From an uncultured Enterobacterales bacterium (GTDB lineage: Bacteria > Myxococcota_A > UBA796 > CAJQPC01), in contig CAZFLE010000009.1 in NCBI GenBank assembly GCA_964519895.1, positions 31,610 through 95,609 on the forward strand: DNA of 64,000 nucleotides, written 5' to 3'. Below the pieces are notes generated by a model, which was not told where the DNA came from, made no database searches, and saw only the letters and a list, made by a program, of their open reading frames with translations. How positions within the stretch are numbered: the first letter of the stretch is position 1; every line of letters begins with the position of its first letter. Made by a program: the position numbers and the translations under genes. Of the stretch, positions 18,460 through 25,916 are shown in pieces.

Positions 18460-19106
18460 GTCCAGATGAGGGCCAGGCGCTCCGTGCGCGCAAGCGAGCG
18501 CTCCGGGCTGAACTCGCGCGTCGCAAGGCCGAGGCCCGGGCGGAGCTCGAGCGCCAGCGGCAGGCCCTCGGGCTGGCCCCGGCCCGTCGGGATCGGCGCC
18601 TCGCTTGGGTCCTGCTGGCGCTGCTGGCGGTGCTCCTGCTGCTGCTCAGCGACTGTTCCTGTCAGCCGGAGCCGCCCCAGCAAGCGGCACCCGGTCCGGC
18701 CGCCGAAGAGCCGGAGCCCGAGCTCACGCCCCCTGTCGAGGCCCCCAAGCGGCCCCAAGCACCGGGCCGAATCGCCAGGTTGGATCGGCCGGAGTACCGC
18801 AGCGAGGTGCCCGAGGTGCTGCCGTGGGTCGCCGCCTTCCAGCGCCAGGTCGAGGCCCGCAGTCCCCGGCTGGCGGCGTGCTTCGTAGGCGCGGAGCGGC
18901 CCGGGCGCATGAAGTGGACGGCGGCGGTGGCGCCGGAGACCGGGCGCGTCTCCGAGCACTCCCTGGAGCCCACCGTGGCCGACGAGGTGTTGTCCCGCGT
19001 CCAGCGGCAGTGCCTGATCGGCGTCCTGTCCGACCCGCCCTACCGGTTCCAGGTCGTCGAGGGTCGCGCGACACCGTCCCGGGTGAGCCTGGTGATCGAG
19101 TTCTGA
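18456..19106 (+). CDS. Bitopic membrane protein with Pro-rich linker and TonB-C/AgmX-GltJ-like C-terminal domain, operon gene 12
   Basis: Basic coiled N-terminus, TM LAWVLLALLAVLLLLL, PEPPQQAAPGPAAEEPEPELTPP linker, then RLAACF, GRMKWTAAVAPETGRV, QCLIGVL and PYRF. GTGA overlap at 18456. Confidence 0.65.
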   Translation: MSPDEGQALRARKRALRAELARRKAEARAELERQRQALGLAPARRDRRLAWVLLALLAVLLLLLSDCSCQPEPPQQAAPGPAAEEPEPELTPPVEAPKRPQAPGRIARLDRPEYRSEVPEVLPWVAAFQRQVEARSPRLAACFVGAERPGRMKWTAAVAPETGRVSEHSLEPTVADEVLSRVQRQCLIGVLSDPPYRFQVVEGRATPSRVSLVIEF

Positions 19107-19145
19107 TCGCCGGCGGGCTAGGAGGCCGTCAGGACGGGAGCGGCC

Positions 19146-19562
19146 GTGGGACGTGTGATTGGCCTCGACGTGGGCACCAAGACCATCGGGGTCGCCGTGA
19201 GCGACCCCCTGCGCATGTTCGCTCAGCCGGTCGAGACCGTAGGCCGCAAGGGTCTCAAGACCGACCTGCCCAAGCTCCAGGCGCTGGTCGTGCGTCACGA
19301 GGTCGATGCCATCGTGGTCGGCCTGCCCCTGGAGCTCGATGGCTCCGAGTCCCGATCCGCCCGCCTGGCCCGCCAGGTCGGAGATGGCCTGGGCGAGCTC
19401 ACCGGGCTCCCCGTGCACTACGTCGACGAGCGCTTCTCGTCGGTCGAGGCCGAGCGGGCCCTGGTGCAACAGGACGTGTCCCGGAAGCGCCGCAAGCAGA
19501 TCATCGACCAGGCCGCGGCCGTGCTGATCCTGCAGGGCTACCTGGACCACGGGGTCTTTTGA
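19146..19562 (+). CDS. ruvX: YqgF/RuvX pre-16S rRNA nuclease (Holliday-junction-resolvase-like)
   Basis: GLDVGTKTIGVAVSD, IVVGLPLELDG, VDERFSS and IDQAAAVLILQGYLD. Confidence 0.96.
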   Translation: MGRVIGLDVGTKTIGVAVSDPLRMFAQPVETVGRKGLKTDLPKLQALVVRHEVDAIVVGLPLELDGSESRSARLARQVGDGLGELTGLPVHYVDERFSSVEAERALVQQDVSRKRRKQIIDQAAAVLILQGYLDHGVF

Positions 19563-19571
19563 CCAAAAGCA

Positions 19572-19605
19572 GCACCGCCGGCGCCCCGAGGGGCACCGGC
19601 GGTGT
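19572..19605 (-). terminator. Intrinsic terminator hairpin between convergent ruvX and the lipoprotein gene
   Basis: Stem CACCGCCGG / CCGGCGGTG extended by GCCC/GGGC around a 4-nt loop; AAAA at 19565-19568 gives a U-tract on the minus strand. Confidence 0.65.
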
Positions 19606-19622
19606 CGTTGCTCGGTTCGCTG

Positions 19623-21569
19623 CTACTGGAACTCGACCGGCACCACGGCGCCCGAGAAGGACTGGATGCGGATGGGCAGGCCGTCGGGGCCGGCGACCCA
19701 GCCCACCTCGGTCCGGTAGATGCCGAGACCCGCGTGGTCGGTGGCGCCCATGGCGTTCATGTCCGAGCCGGGCACGGTGACGCTGCCGTCGTCGTTGAAG
19801 CGGCACAGCAGGGCGTCGGAGTCGCGATCGGCGATGCCGAACACCATCACGCCGTCCGGGTGGCTGCCGGCCCGCATGGAGAAGCTGACCTGCTCGCCGC
19901 TACGGACCTGGAGGGGTCCGGCGTTGTTGGTGAGCTCGACGTCGGCGGGGATGGTCAGCAGGTCGTCCTGGGAGATGGCGCCCATGCCGTCGGCGACGTC
20001 GCCAGGTGCGGTGGCGGTCAGGTTGTCGCCGCCCTGGAAGTCCACGAACTCGCTGGTGATGTCGTCTTCGCCGATGACGCCGTCCGAGGTGCTGAACTGC
20101 TGGGTGTCCCACACGTAGACCGGGCGACCGTCGATGAACTCGCGCTCCAGGTTGAAGCTGGCGTTGCCAGCGCCGATCTCGAGCCAGGCGCCGACGGACT
20201 TGGTGTCGGTGGGCATGCCGTCAGCGGCCATGTCGGGGTAGCGGTTGTGGTTGTCCGCGGGGACCAGGGTGGTGCAGGTGTCCATGGCGACCGTGCTCCA
20301 CGGGTCGGCGCACTCGGACACCGTGCCCGGGGGATCCCAGAACCAGGCCCGGAGCTGGTCGACTTCGGCCGACTCGGTCTCGGAGTAGTGGGCCGTCAGG
20401 TTGTCGGCCATCACGATGCCGGCCTCGCGACAGACGTCGATCTTGATGTCGGGGATCGGCTCACAGGTGGCGGAGCTGCTGCCCTCGCCGTCCATGAAGT
20501 ACGAGCCCTGGGTGGCGCTCCAGACGCGGTCGGCCACGAAGGTCGCGCCCTCGAACAGGACCGTGTCGCCGGCGAGCACCGAGCAGACGTAGTTGCCGTT
20601 CTCGTCGGTGGTGGAGGTCGAGCTGCTGGCCCCACCGTTGCAGGCCACCTCGGCGCCGCGCACCGGGAAGTTCAGGGTGTCGATGACCTTGCCCGCGGCA
20701 CAGGTCGGGACCATGCCCTGGTCGCAGTTCCACCAGGAGAAGTGGCTGGCGGAGAAGCTGAACATCAGGTCGCCTTGGTCGGACTCGTAGACCGTGCCCA
20801 CGCCCTCCTCGATCCAGCCGAGCTTCTCGGCGTCGAAAGACCAGGTGTCCTGTTCGTCGCCGCTGGCCATCACGTACACGCTCGCCAGGCCTTCCTGGTC
20901 GATGGGCATGTCGATCTCGGCCTCGGAGCCGACGGTGAGGTTGAGCAGCTCGCCCTTGTCGTCGGTCATGGTGATGTCGACCATGCCGTAGGAGACCAGC
21001 TGGCCGTCGTCGAAGACGTCCTTGCCATCGCTGTCCGCGCTGCGGGCGTAGTAGCGGAGGTCACCGGGCGCGGCGAGGGCTTCGTCGGTGCGGGGGTTCA
21101 CGTGGGTGACCTCGACCGTCACCGTGCCGTCGTAGGTGGAGCCGTCCTCGTACGAGATGGCTGCGGGGGGGAAGGCCACGGTGACCTTGTCGACCTGGAC
21201 GATGCCGCCGGCGCCCGCGTCGAAGGTGCCGACACCGTCGATCTCGATCAGCACGGCGTTGGCGTTCACGGTCTCCCAGGACACCAGGTCCGCCCGCTCG
21301 TAGCTCTTGGCGTAGCCGCTCTTCTGGAATTCCACCGCGATGCCGTCGGCGGGGCTGATGCCGTCGACCAGGTAGATGCCGTCGGCGTTGGTCAGGGCGG
21401 AGATGCCCTGGACCTGGACAGCGACGTCGGCCACGGGGGCGCCGTCGAGGTCGAGGACCTGGCCGCCGATCTGGCCAAAGGCGGGACCGTCGTAGAGCTC
21501 CGGCTCGGTCTGAGTGGTGTCGCAGCCTGCAAGCAGCAGGAGGAAGGAGGCGAGGGCGGTCGAGCGCAT
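19623..21569 (-). CDS. Acidic surface lipoprotein with carboxypeptidase-regulatory-like (transthyretin-like) beta-sandwich domains
   Basis: MRSTALASFLLLLAGC lipobox; IGGQVLDLDGAPVADVAVQV, TNADGIY and KSGY; second repeat GKVIDTLNFPVRGAEV with TTDENGNY. Confidence 0.75.
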   Translation of the reverse strand: MRSTALASFLLLLAGCDTTQTEPELYDGPAFGQIGGQVLDLDGAPVADVAVQVQGISALTNADGIYLVDGISPADGIAVEFQKSGYAKSYERADLVSWETVNANAVLIEIDGVGTFDAGAGGIVQVDKVTVAFPPAAISYEDGSTYDGTVTVEVTHVNPRTDEALAAPGDLRYYARSADSDGKDVFDDGQLVSYGMVDITMTDDKGELLNLTVGSEAEIDMPIDQEGLASVYVMASGDEQDTWSFDAEKLGWIEEGVGTVYESDQGDLMFSFSASHFSWWNCDQGMVPTCAAGKVIDTLNFPVRGAEVACNGGASSSTSTTDENGNYVCSVLAGDTVLFEGATFVADRVWSATQGSYFMDGEGSSSATCEPIPDIKIDVCREAGIVMADNLTAHYSETESAEVDQLRAWFWDPPGTVSECADPWSTVAMDTCTTLVPADNHNRYPDMAADGMPTDTKSVGAWLEIGAGNASFNLEREFIDGRPVYVWDTQQFSTSDGVIGEDDITSEFVDFQGGDNLTATAPGDVADGMGAISQDDLLTIPADVELTNNAGPLQVRSGEQVSFSMRAGSHPDGVMVFGIADRDSDALLCRFNDDGSVTVPGSDMNAMGATDHAGLGIYRTEVGWVAGPDGLPIRIQSFSGAVVPVEFQ

Positions 21570-21761
21570 TCAGGCACCGGGGAGAGGGACGGGGTCAACG
21601 ATGGGAACAGGAGGCCCCAGTTTCCTGCAAGATCCGTGCCTGTCTATGCGGCCGTGCCCCACCCGCGAATGCCCATGGCCAGGGCCTTCGCGTGCCCTGT
21701 GGGGCTTCGGTGTCGCAGTGAGCCACAGGCAATTCCTTCCCCTGGGGTACGGGCACCCCAG

Positions 21762-23759
21762 TCAGGGCATGGATCCTGGGAGAGGCGAGTCCCGCAGCAA
21801 CTGCTCGGCGCCGAGCAGCGCACAGGCGATGTGCTGGACGGCATCCACGCGCACGTCCAGCTGGTGCGGGCGGTCACGGAAGCCGCCGACCAGGCGCTCT
21901 GGTCGGGTCAGCAACGGGCTGTCTGTCAGCTGGTAGGCGTGGTCCAGCAGGATGCGGGCATAGGCCAGGGCGCCGTCGTAGGCGTCGGTGCGACGGCCGG
22001 CGCGGCGGTCCAGCTCGGCGGCGGCGATCCAGGCCTCGCCAGTGGCGGCAGCAGGGCCGGCGGGTGGGGCCAGATCGCTGCCCGGGGGAGGGGGCACCCT
22101 GTCCTGGATCCAGGCGCGGCAGATGCGCTCTCCCGCGGCGCGAGGGAGGACCTCCTGGGCCGCTGCTGACGCGAGGCACATCCAGTGCTCGTCGAGGGGC
22201 AGGTACAGGCCAGCCCCCAGGGGCCAGTAGTCCGACTCGATGAAGTCGGCGGCCCGCTCGAGGGCTGGACGAATCCCACTCAGACCCGCCCGCTCCGCAG
22301 CCGCCAGCCCCAGGAGGACCTGGCCCTGGGCATAGGTGACCAGGGGCTGCGCCGGCCAGGTCTGACCCGCCACGTCGAAGTCCCCCCGGATCCGCCCCAC
22401 ATCGTCCACCGAAGAGGCCAGGTGGTTGGCCAGGCCCTGGGCCAGGTCCGGGTCGCCCTCGGCAGCCAACAGAGCGAGGAGTGCCAGGGCATTGGTGCCG
22501 ACCCAGGCCTTGCCGTCTCGACGAGCGGGATCGAGCACGTAGGTCCGCCCGTCGTCGAGGGACGTGGTGTGCCGGGCCAGGAAGTCCAGAGCCGCATCCA
22601 GCGCCTCGCGCACCACCGGGTCCCGGGTTCGCTGCCAGAGCCGCGCCAGGAACCAAGCCCCGCCCGCGTGCCTGGGAAAATTGTAGCCAGGACCGTGCTT
22701 CCCGCTGGGTCCCTCGACCACATAGGCGAAGCGGCCGTCCTGGCCCATGTTCGCAGCGAGGTGGTGTCCGCCGGCGAGCGCCGCTGCCAGCAGGGTGTCG
22801 GGTTCGAAGGGCTGGGGTCGGCTCCAGCTCCGCTCCAAGGGGGTGACCCCGTCGGGGGTGGCGAGCCAGCCGTCGACCTGGACCCACTCCAGGACGTCTG
22901 GGGCCAGCTGCAGCGCCGGGGTGCGCACGGTGGCCAGGAGGGCACCGGAGACGCGCTCGCCCTGCCAGGCGGACCAGGCCCCCACCACCCCGCGCTCGGT
23001 CCGGAAGCCGGTGCTGCCCGCTGGGGCTGCCAGGCCCCGGCCCCGCTGGAGCCAGGGCCGGCTCAACGGGCCCGCCGCCCGCACCACCTCGAGGATCAGG
23101 CCGCTGTTGTTGCCCTCGAGGGCCGGGGGATGCAGGGCCTCGAGCGCCCGGGCGAGGCTGCCACCGCGCATGGACATGGACCACCGTGCCTTGCCGTTGC
23201 GGATCACGGTGGCCACCAGCAGCACCGGGTGGTCGCTGTCCGGGGGTGCCCCCTCTCGCTCGAGCATCCAAGCGGCGGCAGCGGCGCCGTCGACCGGCGA
23301 CCAGGTGCGATCCGCCGACGCCTTGTCGTGGCCGTGCCAGGCGGTGGCGCCGCAGATCAGGAGCACCACCAGACCGGTGGGCGGCGCCAGGGTGCGCCCG
23401 GGCGCGGTGAAGAGCTGCCACAGGGGGATGCCGGCGACCCAGGGCAGCGCGACCAGCCCGCCGCCCAGGAGCTGCCAGCCGGAGCGGGCGCCGATGTCGG
23501 TGAACCGGGTGAACACGTAGGCCGTGGTCTCGAGCAGGACCCCAAGGGCCACGGCCGCCACGACCAGGCTCGCCACGGCCACCCACCGAGCCAGGCGCGC
23601 CCCCTCGCCGTGGAGCAGGCGCCCGGCGAGCACAGCCTGGGCCAGTGCGGCCGCGGCGACCAGGGGGCACAGGGCCGGCAGCCGGGTCCACAGCACCCCC
23701 GCACCGGCGGCGAACACGGCGCACTGGATCAAGGCAGGGACGGCGTGTCGACGGTGCAA
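21762..23759 (-). CDS. Membrane protein with N-terminal TM helices and a C-terminal six-hairpin (alpha/alpha)6-type domain
   Basis: Four to five hydrophobic segments, then motifs GRFAY, YNFPRHAG and GGFR through VRVDAVQH, which I recognise from an uncharacterised six-hairpin family. Confidence 0.6.
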   Translation of the reverse strand: MHRRHAVPALIQCAVFAAGAGVLWTRLPALCPLVAAAALAQAVLAGRLLHGEGARLARWVAVASLVVAAVALGVLLETTAYVFTRFTDIGARSGWQLLGGGLVALPWVAGIPLWQLFTAPGRTLAPPTGLVVLLICGATAWHGHDKASADRTWSPVDGAAAAAWMLEREGAPPDSDHPVLLVATVIRNGKARWSMSMRGGSLARALEALHPPALEGNNSGLILEVVRAAGPLSRPWLQRGRGLAAPAGSTGFRTERGVVGAWSAWQGERVSGALLATVRTPALQLAPDVLEWVQVDGWLATPDGVTPLERSWSRPQPFEPDTLLAAALAGGHHLAANMGQDGRFAYVVEGPSGKHGPGYNFPRHAGGAWFLARLWQRTRDPVVREALDAALDFLARHTTSLDDGRTYVLDPARRDGKAWVGTNALALLALLAAEGDPDLAQGLANHLASSVDDVGRIRGDFDVAGQTWPAQPLVTYAQGQVLLGLAAAERAGLSGIRPALERAADFIESDYWPLGAGLYLPLDEHWMCLASAAAQEVLPRAAGERICRAWIQDRVPPPPGSDLAPPAGPAAATGEAWIAAAELDRRAGRRTDAYDGALAYARILLDHAYQLTDSPLLTRPERLVGGFRDRPHQLDVRVDAVQHIACALLGAEQLLRDSPLPGSMP

Positions 23760-23794
23760 GGAGACCTCGTGCTCCTCGCTTCGCTAACCGCCGC

Positions 23795-25711
23795 TCAGAA
23801 CTTCAGGACAGTGCCCGCGTTGATGCTGGGGATGAAGCCGAACTCGGACACGCCTTCTTCGATGACGTCGAAGTCGCTGCCGTACCAGACGCCCAGCCCG
23901 GTGTTCAGGTTGATGCCAAAGGTCTCGGCGATCATGAAGTCCACGCCGATGCGGGCGCGTGCGCCGATGGCCACCTTGAAGGTGCGGGTGTAGGGCGTCA
24001 GGGTCAGGTCCACCCCGCCATAGGGGCGGATGTTGCTCTTGGTGGCCTGGTAGATGAAGCCCAGGTTGAACGGCACGATGGTGTTCCAGATCTTGTCGGA
24101 GCCGAAGTCCTCCTGGAGCTCCTCGGGCACGTCGCGGTTGACCGAGTAGCCAGCGAGACCGATCTGGACGTAGATCGTGTCGCTGACGGGGATCGACACC
24201 TCGGCGCCGTAGCTGAGGAAATTCCAATTCTGGTAGCGGCTGTACCCGGCCCTCGCCGTGATGCCGACCCGCGGGTCATGGGGCACGAAGGTGCCCGAGA
24301 TCGTCGCGGAGCTACTGCCGCTGCGACTGCCGGTGCGCGACCCGCTGCTGCCGCTGTTCCGGTCGTCGTCATAGCGGTCACGGTCGTCGTCGTCGTCGTA
24401 GCGGCTGCTGCGGTCGTCGTCGTAGCGGTCGCTGCCCCGGGCCTCGGCGACCTGGCGCTCGCTGGGCTCGAAGCTGTCGAGGTCGTCGTAGTAGTCGTCG
24501 TCGAACAGGGGGTCGTCGTCCGAGGCGACCGCGTCTTCGTCGTAGCTGTCTTCGTCGTCCAGGTCTTCGTAGCGGCTCCTGGAGGGCGCCTCTTCTTCGG
24601 GCTCCTCTTCGGCGCTCACGGACGAGCCGAACTCGATCTCGTCGACCGAGACAGAGGACCCGAAGGAGATGTCGTCGAAGTCGTCGCTGTCCCCGCTGTC
24701 GTAGTCGTACTCGTCGACCACTGCGTCTTCCTGGGCGCGGGAGCGCTCGGCCTCGTCGGCGGCTTCGCGATCCCGACGGGCCTGCTCCTCGACCCGGCGC
24801 TCGTCTTCCTTGCGCTGCTTCTCGGCTTCCTTGCGGCGCTTGTCGTCTTCTTTCTGGCGCGCCCGTTCCTCGTCGGCGCGGCGCTTCTCCTCGGCCTGGC
24901 GCTGGCGCTCCTCTTCGGCGCGACGCTCGTCTTCCCGGCGGCGCTCTTCGTCGGCCCGACGCTGCTCTTCCTCGCGCTGGCGCTGCTCCTCGGCTCGGCG
25001 CTCCTCTTCGGCGCGTCGGGCGTCGTCTTCCCGGCGCTGCTGCTCGGCGCGGCGGCGCTCTTCTTCGGCGCGACGGGCCTCGTAGGCCGGATCTTCCGCC
25101 TCCTCGAAGTCGTCCAGCGAGTTGTCGCTGTTGCCGGGCGTCGAGACCCGGGAGCTGCTGTTGCCGTCGTCGAAGTCGAAGTCCAGGTCTTCGAAGTCGT
25201 CTTCTTCCAGGGCGAAGTCGTCGGCCGAGGCGACCGAGGACTCCTCCTGGACCTGGGCCCGGGACTTGCCGGTGACCAGCTCCTGGACGTAGGCGCCCAT
25301 GGAGTCGGCCATCTTCTCAGGGGCCTTGTCCACCTTGAAGGTCTTCTTGCGCACGAAGGTGCCGCGGTTCACGTCGAAGAGCACCATGTAGACGTCGAAG
25401 GTGCTGCCGGACGACGCGACGGAGCCGCCCAGCACGAAGTCGGTCCCCAGGGCCTTGCCCACCGTGCCCATGCAGCTGGTCTTGGACAGACACGACAGGC
25501 TGTACCCGCTCGGGTAGTCGTCGAGCTGCTCGACGTCGTCGTAGGTGCCCATGAAGTCGAGCTCGCTGGCCACGAGCGACGTGATGTTCAGCACGATCAG
25601 CGGATCGACGCCCTTTTTCACGAAGGGCACCACCTTGGCTTCCGCGGCATGGGCGGAGCCGCCCAAGCTGGCGGTCAGCAAGATCAGTGCGGTGATGAAG
25701 AGGCGTGTCAT
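23795..25711 (-). CDS. Outer-membrane protein: signal peptide, N-terminal alpha/beta domain, long E/R-rich helix, Asp-rich linkers, C-terminal beta-barrel
   Basis: Start MTRLFITALILLTASLGGSAHA at 25711 with an AGGA RBS; about 115 aa of RRAEEE-type repeats; barrel strands ending PSINAGTVLKF. Confidence 0.8.
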   Translation of the reverse strand: MTRLFITALILLTASLGGSAHAAEAKVVPFVKKGVDPLIVLNITSLVASELDFMGTYDDVEQLDDYPSGYSLSCLSKTSCMGTVGKALGTDFVLGGSVASSGSTFDVYMVLFDVNRGTFVRKKTFKVDKAPEKMADSMGAYVQELVTGKSRAQVQEESSVASADDFALEEDDFEDLDFDFDDGNSSSRVSTPGNSDNSLDDFEEAEDPAYEARRAEEERRRAEQQRREDDARRAEEERRAEEQRQREEEQRRADEERRREDERRAEEERQRQAEEKRRADEERARQKEDDKRRKEAEKQRKEDERRVEEQARRDREAADEAERSRAQEDAVVDEYDYDSGDSDDFDDISFGSSVSVDEIEFGSSVSAEEEPEEEAPSRSRYEDLDDEDSYDEDAVASDDDPLFDDDYYDDLDSFEPSERQVAEARGSDRYDDDRSSRYDDDDDRDRYDDDRNSGSSGSRTGSRSGSSSATISGTFVPHDPRVGITARAGYSRYQNWNFLSYGAEVSIPVSDTIYVQIGLAGYSVNRDVPEELQEDFGSDKIWNTIVPFNLGFIYQATKSNIRPYGGVDLTLTPYTRTFKVAIGARARIGVDFMIAETFGINLNTGLGVWYGSDFDVIEEGVSEFGFIPSINAGTVLKF

Positions 25712-25916
25712 GACGACCTCGGTTCCTGGAGGGGTCGGCCGGGACTGCAACCCCCGACCCTCGCGACAGGATGCCGAAGGCCCGGCAGGAAGACGCCTGA
25801 CCCAGGGTCCCCAGGGGGTAATTCCAGGAATTCTGGCCCGAAGACAAGTCTTGGGAACCTTCCTGAACACCCTCTTGACAGGGGAGGGGCCCCCACCGGA
25901 TGGAGGGGGCTGACGC

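Noticed and set aside
6300-19106. Degenerate flagellar or type III secretion cluster
   Set aside because: No export-gate (FlhA/FliPQR), ATPase, rod, hook or flagellin-like ORF is present, and the genes are intact and tightly coupled rather than decayed. The rest of the genome still needs checking.
19602-22169. 855-aa plus-strand ORF
   Set aside because: Antisense to the 648-aa lipoprotein, which has the lipobox and domain pattern.
25862-25880. Second LexA-like sequence CCTGAACACCCTCTTGA and a perfect TTGACA
   Set aside because: Only 13/17 match to the LexA consensus, and no credible -10 lies 16-18 bp after the TTGACA.
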